Origin: Felis catus
Lineage: Eukaryota
Reading direction: 5' to 3'
Assembly (NCBI RefSeq): GCF_018350175.1
Contig: NC_058369.1
Coordinates: forward strand, 8,682,001 to 8,746,000
DNA: 64,000 nt
Positions 12,230-22,744 of the stretch are shown one piece after another; positions within the stretch are counted from its first letter, which is position 1, and every line of letters starts with the position of its first letter. The position numbers were made by a program, and so were the translations under genes. The notes beneath the pieces are model-generated. The model saw only the letters and a list, made by a program, of their open reading frames with translations. It ran no database searches and had not been told where the DNA came from.

Positions 12230-12960
12230 CAAGCGCGCCAAAGGGGCCTAGAAAAGGGATCGGCTCCCAACCTTCAAAAGGCGGAGGGTCAGCGGTCCCT
12301 CCAGGCTCACCGAGGCTTCGGCGTCGCCTCCCGCCTTCCGCCGGCGGGAGCCAGGCCTCCGAGCGGCCGCGCTTAGAGGGCTGGGGTCCGGGGGAGTCAA
12401 GCTCCCCGGCCGGCCACCCCCTCCCCAACCCCGGGGTCCTCGACGCCTCCTCCAGGATCCCGTGAGCGCTCCCCCCCCCCCCCCAAGTAGAAGATCGCCT
12501 AACCCGGCCTGGCCCCAACGCCCGCCCCGGCGAACAGTCACCTACACTCGCCTCCCCTCCTTGCGACGGCCTCGTTCACCCGGGAGACAGTAGCTTCCGG
12601 CTCCAGCCGGAAGCGGAACCCCCTCTCCTCCTCTAACCTGCGGCCGGGAACGCCCCGCGGGGAGGCCCCGCCTTCTCCCGCATCTTTTCGGTGCACATGC
12701 GTACTCGCACACCCTACCGGCGGCGGGGTCTCAGTGCGCCTGCGCGGGGGCGCTGGCGCCGTGGCCTGAGGCGGTGCGCGCCGCCGCTTCTGAGGAGTTG
12801 TCGCGGTGCCGGCGGTTCAGCGACGGTGGGCTGGGCCGGACCGGCGTTGGAAAGGCATCCTCGCTCTAGGCCGCGGGGTCTGCATGTGTCGTGTCTCCCA
12901 GTTCAAGCCTCAGCCCCTCGCAGCCCGCCCGGATCTCCCCAGCTGCGGACACGTTCAAAA
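12230..12960 (-). promoter_or_regulatory. ELOF1: CpG-island promoter and non-coding exon 1 of ELOF1
   Basis: Dense CpG; paired ETS motifs CCGGAAG (12593-12614); NRF1-like TGCGCCTGCGC (12735-12745); candidate minus-strand donors AG|GTGACT (12542/12541) and GG|GTGAAC (12580/12579). Confidence 0.8.
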
Positions 12961-13029
12961 GATTTCCGTGCTAAGGAATTGCAAATAGCAGTACGGCTGA
13001 ATCGTGGTGATGGGGGAGATTGTAGGACG

Positions 13030-13180
13030 CTCTTCTCAAACGTTAATAAGAGCCTGCGGATCTGATTAAAATTCAGGTCTGATCCATTAGGTCAGGGATG
13101 TGGTCTCAAAGGCTGCATTTCTAACTAGCTCCCCGGTGACGTCCGTGCCGCTGGTCCGCGGACCGCACCGAGCGCCGAAG
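13030..13180. mobile_element. MER5A-like hAT DNA transposon relic
   Basis: ctgcatttctaactagctccccggtgacgtccgtgccgctggtccgcggaccgcac resembles the MER5A end (from recall). Confidence 0.7.
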
Positions 13181-15649
13181 TTATAATAGAAGAGATTGCA
13201 CAGGCAAACAAGGGCCAGATCACGTGGTCTCGTGGGCACCTTAAGGACTCTGTTGGAGTCGGGCGAGGAGAGAATAAGGCTTTACAGTTCCCACAGTTTA
13301 GGGGAGAGGCTGGACATAAACATAAAAGGCTCAATTACTACACCCTTCAGCTCAGCAGAGGCGAACGTATGGATCTCAGAGCATATGATGATGGAGGGGG
13401 CTGCCCAGCTAGTCTGAGGGGTTAGCGAAGGCTTCTCCGGGAGGCTGCCGCTCGGGTTGAAATCGAAGGCTGAGCGGGAGTTACACAGAAATTGCACCTG
13501 CAGAACTTCTGATGGAGGGAAGGAGAGAAGGGAACAGACACTCCCCTGTCTTGGAGCCCCGGGGGGCTCCCTCTCACTCAGATGAGGAAGGCGCAGGGAG
13601 AAGTCCAGGGTTGTGTTCTAGCCATGATTTTGGAGACGAGCAAAAGGAGGGATGGGAACAGGCCCGTGGAAGAGGAGTCTGGAGGTCAGGTGAAGGCTCT
13701 GGAAGTGATGTTGAGAGTCATTCACCTAGGGAGGTTATTTGAAGCCTTGGGGCCAGAGGAAGTCACCTGGTGTCAGGGTGAGGGGCAAAGTATAGCAAAA
13801 GAAGAGGGCTAAGAAGGAGACCAGGGGCACCCCAACCTGGGGTTGCTAGGAGGAGGAGTCAGCAAGAGACTGGGTAGGCCAGTGAGGTAGGGGGAGAGAG
13901 AGGTGGGTGATCTTTCCCAGAGCCTTGAGAAGAAGGTATTTTGAGACAGGGTGGTCAGCTGTGTCACCTGTGGTTGAGAGTTTGACTAAGACGTGGAAAG
14001 AGAATTGACTGTTGACCTTGCAAGTGTTTGGTCCCTGGTGACCTTGATAAGAGCCGTTTCCTGACAGTGGTCAAGAAAGTAATTTGGAAGATGTATTTTA
14101 GGTCGAGCTATCTTCAGGGTGTCCCCTAGGGGGCAGTGTTACCCTTGGAACTGGCTCTACCGGACTCTTTTTTTTTTCATTGCTCCTATAAACTTGTGCA
14201 CACAGGGGGGATCGATTTGCTATTTACACTTAATAGTCAAAACACGTACAGGTAACTTTGGTTTTAGTAGTTACACAATTCGTAGTGCAACTCGGCCATA
14301 GTTTATATGGACTATCCCATATCTGCTCATGATTGTGGGGTTTGTTTCTTTTTCATTCTCTTTGTTCCTATTTCTCTCTCTCACTCTCTCCTACCGTCTT
14401 TCCTTCCCAGCTCTATTGAGATATGATTGGCAGGCAATAAATCGCATGTAAACTATGAAATTTCATGTTTTGACATACGTGTACACGCATGAAACCATCA
14501 CCACAATTAAGATAGAGAATGTTTTGGGGTGCTTGGGTGGCTCAGTCGGTTAAGCGTTCGCCTTGGGCTCCGGTCATGATCTTGCAGGTTCGTGAGTTCA
14601 AGCCCGGCTTCCGGCTCTGTGCTGACAGCTCAGAGCCTGGAGCCTGCTTCCGGTTCTGTGTCCCCCTCTCTCACTTCCCCTTCCCTGCTCGTGCTCGGTC
14701 TCTCTCTCTCTCTCTCTCTCTCTCAAAAGTAAATAAACATTAAAAAAAAAAAGAGAGATAACGGATGTTTCCATCACCCCCCAAAACTTTCTTCGTGTCT
14801 CTTTGTAGTCCATTCCTTCCCCTGTGCCCAGCCCCTGGCATCAACTGACCTGTTTTCAGTTCCTTTATGTAGTTTTCAGAAAGTCATATGAACAGAATCA
14901 TACATTCTGTAGTCTTTTGAGTTTCGCTTGCTTTTGCTCAGCTGACTCAGCTGGAGACTTGTCCATGTCATGTCTATCAGTAGTCTGTCCCATTTTATCA
15001 CTGAGTCGTAGTCCCTCGTGTGGATGGACCACAATTTGTTTCTCCTTGCACCTATGGATGGACGTGGGGGTTGTTGCCACTCCGGGGCAATTATGAACAG
15101 AGCTGCCCTGACCCATCTTATTCAGATGTGGATGTTCGCGTTCGACTCCTGTGGTGTTTTATTTCTGTATTCAAACATGTGGTCCCTCTGGGTTTTATTT
15201 TTGTGTGTGTGGTCTGAAGGAGGATCAGGGCTCTGTCCTCTGGGGAAATTGACAAGGCAAATAACACCTTCCCCGCGAAACTGCAGAGCACCACCTTCCA
15301 CCTGCCTTGCGGTCTCGTGTGTTCTCGAACTCGTTTCTGGATTTCCTGCGGACGTTTGCTCCGAGCTGGCGTCACGTTGCTCTGATGACCGTGCATTTTC
15401 GCAAGGCAGGTCTCTCACCTTCTTATTTGTGGTTCTTGGCCTGCGAGGGTGTTGAGGGGGTGGCCTGACCTCCAGGACAAGCTGCTGGCTGCAGGAGGAT
15501 GCCACTGCCGGTCCCGGCACCTGGGGTGAGGAGTGGAGTGGGGGAGATGATAACATCCATGATGGGCGAATCCCAGCCGGTTGCTTGGGAAGAGTGAGAG
15601 GATATGAAAGCCTGTGGCTGGCCTTGAGAATCTCTGGCCTCCAGTTTTT

Positions 15650-15878
15650 GTTTTTTTTTTTTAATTTTTTTTCAATGTTTTTTATTTATTTTTGGGACAG
15701 AGAGAGACAGAGCATGAACGGGGGAGGGGCAGAGAGAGAGGGAGACACAGAATCGGAAACAGGCTCCGGGCTCTGAGCCATCAGCCCAGAGCCCGACGCG
15801 GGGCTCGAACCCACGGACCGCAAGATCGTGACCTGGCTGAAGTCGGACGCTTAACCGACTGCGCCACCCAGGCGCCCC
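15650..15878 (-). mobile_element. Young feline CAN-SINE
   Basis: Body nearly identical to the 739-958 copy; flanking repeats imperfect. Confidence 0.93.
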
Positions 15879-18287
15879 TATGGCATCCAGCTTTTTGAAG
15901 TTTAGAAGGCATCTTTCTAACAATGGCTGCGTGCTAGCTGGCCTCGTCCCCCGGGCTGGATGGAACCCCTCTGAGCCCGAGTGTCCTCCCTGCTTTCTTC
16001 TTTTTGCTGTTCCTTGGGTCCCCAGCTGCCTGGTGCTTGTGCTTGGTACATGGCAACAGCACTTGGTCGTTGTGGAGAAGGGGGCCTGGGTGACAAGCCC
16101 GCTCCCTGCCACTCGTTCCCTGTGTCAGCTTGGGTGGGTCACTTCTCCTTTCCACGTGCTGGGCCCTGTGAACAGGGACGTTGGGCTAATTCCACGCTCC
16201 AGGCCCTGTGAACAGGGACGCTGGGCTGACTTCTGATTCAGATCCCTGCCCTGCCTGGAGCCTCTGAGTCAGTGGGAACAGGCAGGGTGGCTGCGAACCG
16301 CCTTGACTCTTGCGGTTCAGATCAAGGGTCTGCCACTTCCTGGGCATAACCTTGGGCACGTTACTTAATCTGTCGAGTTTCTGTAATGTCCTCAGAGAAG
16401 CGAGGATGATTCTGGCCCTTGCCGCATGGGTGAGGATTAGAAGCGATGGTGTTTTGGGGAGTAGAGCTCGGCTGGTAGTAGTAATCCCAGGAAGGAACTC
16501 AGGGCTGGCATTTTGGTCAGATAGCTTTGCTTAATTTTAACAGTTAACACATGCTCCCCCGGGTTGTATCTGCAACAGATTCAACAATATCAGCTTCTAT
16601 AAAGTAGCGAATGGAAGGTGTCACACTCCCTGAGTTCCTCTCCCTAAAACTAACCTCAGTTACATTCTATCCGGGTTGCGATTTCATTTCACTCAGCTCA
16701 GGCTGACAGTTGGAGCCAACCAAGTGGGTCCCTGCCCTGTAGCGGCTGAAGTGACAGTTGAGGGAGGGGCCAAGGGAGCACTGGGACCTGCCCTGCGCTG
16801 GGTGGCCCTGGCTGGCTGTGGGTGGCTGTTACTCAACTCCCTCCCAGAGGGGAACTGGGCTTGTCTGCAGCTTCCAGAATCCACTGGAAGAAACAGGCCC
16901 TCATGCAGCTCTGCTTCTGCAAGTTTTCTTGCGTGCATACTTGCACGGATGTACAAAAAGCATGGGGCCAGGGGCACCCACTGCAGTTGGTTGGTAAGAG
17001 GGAAAGACTGGAATGGATTTCAGCAGGCCCGGCAAGGAGCCAGTGACATCAGGTGGAAGCTCCATGGCTGTCATATAGAGGGACTCCTGGGGCACCTGGG
17101 GGGCTCAGTCAGTAGAGCATGTGACTCTTTATCTCAGGGTTATAAGTTCAAGCCCCATGTTAGATGTAGAGATTATTTAAAAATAAAACCTCGGGGCACC
17201 TGCGTGGCTCGGTCAGTTAAGCGTCCAACCCCGGCTCAGGTCATGATCTCGCGGTTCGTGAGTTCGAGCCCCGCGTCGGGCTCTGTGCTGACAGCTCGGA
17301 GCCTGGAGCCTGCTTCGGATTCTGTGTCTCCCTCTCTCTCTGCCCCTTCCCCACTCGTGCTCTATCTCTCAAAAATTAAAAACATCAAAACATTTTTTTT
17401 TTTAAAAAGAAGGGCAGTCTTTGGGGAATGTATCTGATGTATCCTACCAATCTGTCTGTACACATAGGAAATGAATGCATAGGGTCATTTATTGCAGCGG
17501 TGTTTGAGGATAGCAAAGTTATTGGAAGCAATTCAGGTGGCCCTCGGTCGACGGCTGGTTCGGAGACAGTGGGTAGGCATACGGCAGGACCTCTGTAGCT
17601 GTGGAAAGAGCCAGCAGTTCCCCTGAGATCTGATGGGCAGATCTCCAGGTACAACAGACAGAAACAGCAGTGTGAAGTGAACCCATGGGCTATGTGAAAT
17701 GCTTCAGTCTCGATTGTGGGGGTGGGTTTGTGGCTATGTGCCTTTGTCCACAGTTGACAGATTGCACACTCGCAATGTGTCAATCGCACGTCCATAGAGC
17801 TGGTTTGAAAACAACAAAAAAAGCCGGGTGCAGATCAGTGGGCGAGGGGAGAACAAAACTTCACGTTTGCTTTTTATTTGAGTAGAGGAATCCTGGAAGG
17901 CAACAAAGCATTTATAAGAAAGTTGTTTCCTTCTGGAGAGGGGGACCGAAGTACAGGGAGGGAGGGAGATGTTTCACTTTTCCATAAACTTTAGATTTTT
18001 GATGTACGTGACTGCATTACCAGTTCCATATCAGAGTGAACAAAAAGGAATCTTCTGTCAAGAACAGCCGAGTTGTGGTTAGCAGAAAGAGCGTGCGCAG
18101 AACTGTGTGTGTCTCGTGTTGTTTCGTGTAAAAGAAAAAGGTGGGGGGATGTTTTTATTACAGAGGCATCCATTTGGGCAGGAAAGAAACAGTGATGGGG
18201 GGGCGCCTGGGGAGGTGGGCACAGAGGAGGAAGCCTTGATTCGTCTGGTAACCCTTTTGGTTTCGTCTGTTTGTTTATTTACTTATT

Positions 18288-18329
<42 letters not shown>

Positions 18330-18646
18330 GCAAGCAGGGGAAGGGAAAGAGAATTCTAAGCAGGTTCTGCGCTGCCAGTGCTGAGCCTGATGCGGGGCTC
18401 GAACCCACGGACCGTGAGATCGTGACCTGAGCCGAAATCAAGAGTCTGGATGCTCAACCCACTGAGCCACCCGGGCGCCCCCTTTCGGTTCGGTAAGTAC
18501 TTCAAATTGCCTCCACGCGCGAGGCCCGCTGAGCGACAAAGGGGCAGCACGGCCCCGACACTCTCAGACCCATGGGTGATGTAACACGCCAGCGAGGGGA
18601 GGAGAGAGACGCCCGTGGCACGCGTGCAGCCTCTGCAACTATTTTT

Positions 18647-18652
18647 TTTATT
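18647..18652 (-). terminator. ACP5: ACP5 polyadenylation signal
   Basis: TTTATT on + (AATAAA on -), about 315 nt after the stop. Confidence 0.8.
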
Positions 18653-18966
18653 GAATATTCGGCAGTGACAGGTGCTTGGTTCAGGAGAAAGCTTTCCCTC
18701 CCTGCCCCCCCCCCACCCCGCCCCCCCACCGCCTGGAGCTCAGGTTGGACAAGCTCGGCCACGGGGCACGGCACGCCGGCTGGTCCACGTGCCCGCGTTG
18801 CTTTCACAGACGCGGGCATCCTTGCCACAAGGGCCACCTGGCGCCACCGCTCCTCGTCTGTGGTTCTCCTGCTCTGCCGCAGCTCCACGGGCCCGTGAGG
18901 AAGCCTGCCCACGGGCACGCGGCCCAGCGGGGCCCAGCCACCCGCCGGCAGGGAGGCCCCCCTGCC

Positions 18967-19260
<294 letters not shown>

Positions 19261-19637
19261 TCAGGGTCAGCGGCCCCAGCCCCTCGATGAGGCTGACCGC
19301 GGGCTTTGTGCCCCCCCCCCCCCCCCCCGTCTCGAATCCAGGGTCGGGTCTGTCCCCGACCACAGCGTCACCTCGGGCGAGGAGCAGAAACCCTCTGGGC
19401 CTCAGTTTCCTCCCCTGTAGCAATGGACTGATCCTGCTTCACAGCTAGAGAAGCGAATGAGCAACTAGTAGCTGGTATGACGGATTTCGGGAAACTTTGG
19501 GCTCTTTTCCTGGTTAGACAGCATACAGCTTGAGGGACATTCGGGAGACCGCCGGGCGGCAGGCCGATCCCGGTGCGCCGTGTGGCCCGCCGGCTGGGCT
19601 GGGGGCCCCTTCCTCACCTCCCCCGCAGACCCCTCAC

Positions 19638-19983
19638 CTGCAGGTTGTGGTCATGGCCGCACAGGTAGGCGGTGACCTTGTATGTGGCCAGCAGCGGCAT
19701 CAGCTGCTTGACCAGGCAGCGGGTGGGCCCGTGCTCGGCGATGGACCACACGGGGTAGTGGCCGGCCACCAGCACGTAGTCCTCCTTGGCCGCCGCCAGC
19801 TGCTTCTTGAGCCAGGACAGCTGCGTGCGGGCCAGCGCCGCGTCACGGGGCCTCTCGGGCTGCTGGCTGAGGAAGTCGTCCGAGTTGCCGCACAGCGTCA
19901 CCGTGTCCAGCATGAAGATGGCCACAGACACATTGGACCGTGGGACTTTGAAGCGCAGCCGGTAGTAAGGGCTGGGGAAGTTC
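19638..19983 (-). CDS. ACP5: ACP5, coding exon 3
   Basis: cag|G AAC TTC CCC...CTG CAG|gtgagg; 346 nt containing the [16 protein letters not shown] loop and the VAGH and GHDH metal-ligand motifs. Confidence 0.97.
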
Positions 19984-20127
19984 CTGCGGAGGAGACAGAG
20001 GCACAGGGCGCCACCTCTTGAGCAGACGAGGCCCGGGTTCGAGCCCTGGCTTCGGCTCTCGGTCCCCCTGGGCGAGGCGGGGGGCGGGGGGGTGGGGGGG
20101 GTGCGGCATGGCTGGGGGCCGGCTCAC

Positions 20128-20255
20128 CAGCGCTGAGAGATCCTGGAGTAGGCGATCTGCGCGGAGACGTTCCCCAGGTGGTCGTGGTTGCCAGCCAGCA
20201 CATACCAGGGCACGTTGCGGAGGGAGGAGGCCGAGAACACATCCTCGAAGGTCTC
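20128..20255 (-). CDS. ACP5: ACP5, coding exon 2
   Basis: cag|GAG ACC TTC...CGC TG|gtgagc; 128 nt, [43 protein letters not shown] with the GNHD motif. Confidence 0.97.
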
Positions 20256-20468
20256 CTGTGGCACACAGAAGGGACGCCCCACCCCCACCCCCAGGGTCAA
20301 GCAGCTACCCCGAGGCTCCCACCAAGTGAGGGCCAAGGCCAAGGGAGACACGGAGCGGAGCGCCCCAGGTGCGCGCAAGCGTCAGCCTCCCTCTGCCCTC
20401 CCCAGAGTCCCAAAGGTCCAGCGGCTTTTCCACGTATGGCCCCCCACCCCCACTCCGGGGTCACACAC

Positions 20469-20729
20469 CCGAAACCTCTTGTCGTTGGCGTCCTGCACGC
20501 CAGTGAAGTAGAAATTGTCCCCCAGGGACAGGATGAAGTCTGTGCCTAGGATCTGCACGGTCCTGGCAATCTCCTTGGCATTGGCCATTTCCCGGGCTGT
20601 GTAGAACGGGGCATTGGGGACTCCTCCCCAGTCACCCACAGCCACAAAGCGCAGGACTGGGTTGGCCCCGTCAGCCAGGGGGAGCACCAGTGAGGCTTGC
20701 AAGATGAGCAGTATAGTCTGTGTGTCCAT
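20469..20729 (-). CDS. ACP5: ACP5, coding exon 1 (signal peptide and N-terminus)
   Basis: cag|ATG GAC ACA...TTT CGG|gtgtgt; 261 nt with a hydrophobic signal peptide and the GDWG and GDNFY purple acid phosphatase motifs. Total CDS 1008 nt = 335 aa + stop. Confidence 0.97.
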
Positions 20730-20961
20730 CTGGGAGGGGAGAGACGGTGCCTGAGGGCCGGGGGGCTGAGGCCTGGGCAGCAGGCCCGGGAGACCCCTGC
20801 AGGGCTGGCCCCGGGGAAAGCCTTGGGTGGGGCCCTAGTTCCCAGGACCTCAGGGCAGCAGGGCTGGGAGGGTCAGAGGGTAGGCGGGGCCCGGCCTGGG
20901 CCGGGGAAGGGTGGCCGTGCGGGCCCATTCCGGCCTCCCTCGTCCCACACCCCGCACTCAC

Positions 20962-21150
20962 CCTGGGGGAGGCACAAGCCAGTCAGCCGGGGGCTCAGAG
21001 AGGCAGGTGAGCTCCTGGGCAGAATTGGCGGTCACTGAGCCTTTATTCCCTGGGGCGGACGGAAATGGATCATTAGTGAGGATGATGCAGTTTCTCCGCA
21101 GACTGTTCCAGAAGCCCTCCCCTTGGGTCATGTGAGCTTTGGAGTTCCCC
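20962..21150 (-). promoter_or_regulatory. ACP5: ACP5 proximal (osteoclast/macrophage) promoter and short non-coding exon
   Basis: Donor CAGG|gtgagt at 20962/20961; MITF site GGTCATGTGAG at 21126-21136 beside PU.1-type GGGGAACT (minus, 21143-21150), as recalled for the TRAP promoter. Confidence 0.8.
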
Positions 21151-22079
21151 AGTGCTGGACACGGGATTCGGGGTCGGGGGCTGGCCCACGTGCAGCCGCG
21201 CCTGCCCTCATGGCCTCTAAGCATGCCCACACGAGCTTGCTTGTGTCGTGGGCCCCGGGGCACCCGGTGAGGTGCGTGAGCTGAGTCTGGGGCTGAATGT
21301 GTGCGCCCCAGCCCGACACCTCCTGTGCGTCCATGTGCTCCGGGGACGCACTTGCTGCCTGTGCACGGGTGTGTCTGAGCTGTTTCCTGTGTGTAGCCAA
21401 GCGTGCCTGCCTGGGTCACATGTCTGCTGTGTGCCTGGGAGTCCTTTGTCCCTGTAGATGTGCGCACTGAGCCTGCAAGGCCCGGGTGGCGTGTCTGTGA
21501 CATTCGCCTGGGCTCTAAAGTGGAACTTCGTGGGACGCCCATCTGTGTCCCCGTTCTGGGCCTGAGTCAGGTTGCGTGTGTTTGGGTTGCGTGTCTCACG
21601 TGAGTTGTGTGCCTGGTGGGTGATGTGTGTTTGACAACCTATGGGTTTGAGTCCCAGGGTCACCTCCCTCCCCCAAACGCCAGGGTCTCCCTTTTCCAGG
21701 AAGTCCTGCCCACACCTTCCCCTCCTCCCCACCCCCATTCCCCACAGGAGGAACCCAGGCGGGGAGGCAGCTGGTGACACACCTTGTGACCACTGATTTT
21801 TGACCCTCACACCCTCAGCGGCTGCCCGCAGCCCCCCCCCCCCCTCCCCGTGGCCGCTGCCCCTGAGAGTAGGCAGGCGCTTGGCCAGTGGGACCCCTGC
21901 CCTTGGGGCCCGGCTGACCTGCCCCTCACCTCCCTTCCTTCCTCCACCCCCCTGATTCTTCCCCTGCGCACTCACGACGGGTCCCTCCAGTCAGTTGCGA
22001 GGGAGCACTGTGGGCGGGGGGGGGGGGGGGCTCATCCAGCGCGGAGGTCACCTGCTCAGCGAGGTGAGGTGACCTGCCC

Positions 22080-22680
22080 CCGGTCACCCCGTGCGGGCTA
22101 GCCGGTTGTGCCTCCCGCCCCCGCAGTTCGGACAAACAGGAAGTGGGTCACCGGGGCAGGCGGAGCCCCCTCCCGCGGGGCCGTGGCGGAGGTCACGGCC
22201 GGTCTCACCTGCCGGCAGCGGGGCAGGCGGCGTCGCGGGGCCCGGACGGCTGGAGTGCGGGGCGCTCGCGGGCTGCCGGGCTTTGAGGAGGCGGCGGCCC
22301 TCTCCGCCCGGCCCGCGGGCCCCGGGCCGGCCCAGGTGATCCCCGGCGGGGAGGGCGGGCGCCTCGGCCTCCTGGGCTCGGGTGTCCTCCCGGGCCTGGC
22401 CCGCCGCCCCCGGAATCCTGCTGGGCCACCGAGCACCGCCACGCCTCCTCCGGGGGCGCAGGCAGCACGTCTGTAAAATGGGTTAGAGCACCCCGGGGGA
22501 CGGCCCAGGCCCGCACAGTGGGCTGCAGCCCGGGCCGGGGCCGGGGCCGGGGCTCAGAGACCGAAGTTCCTCCCTCTGCCTCCCCGCCGTGCGGGCCGAG
22601 TCGCCCCCTTCTTCCCCACCTGGGGCGCCCACGGCCCTCGATCACTGGGTCGGGCCTCACCCTGGGCTGGGCCACCCTCT
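22080..22680 (-). promoter_or_regulatory. ACP5: CpG island with probable distal alternative ACP5 first exon
   Basis: High CpG density; strong minus-strand donor CAG|gtgaga at 22209/22208; ETS site CAGGAAGTG near 22137; ACP5 is known to use alternative non-coding first exons. Confidence 0.65.
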
Positions 22681-22744
22681 AGTGAGGAAGTTTGTCGTCT
22701 TCAGCCTCAGCTTCCTGGTCTTTAAAATGGGCGCGAGGAGGGCA

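Noticed and set aside
16676..17437. 253-aa ORF
   Set aside because: Non-ATG start, runs through two SINEs, no recognisable homology
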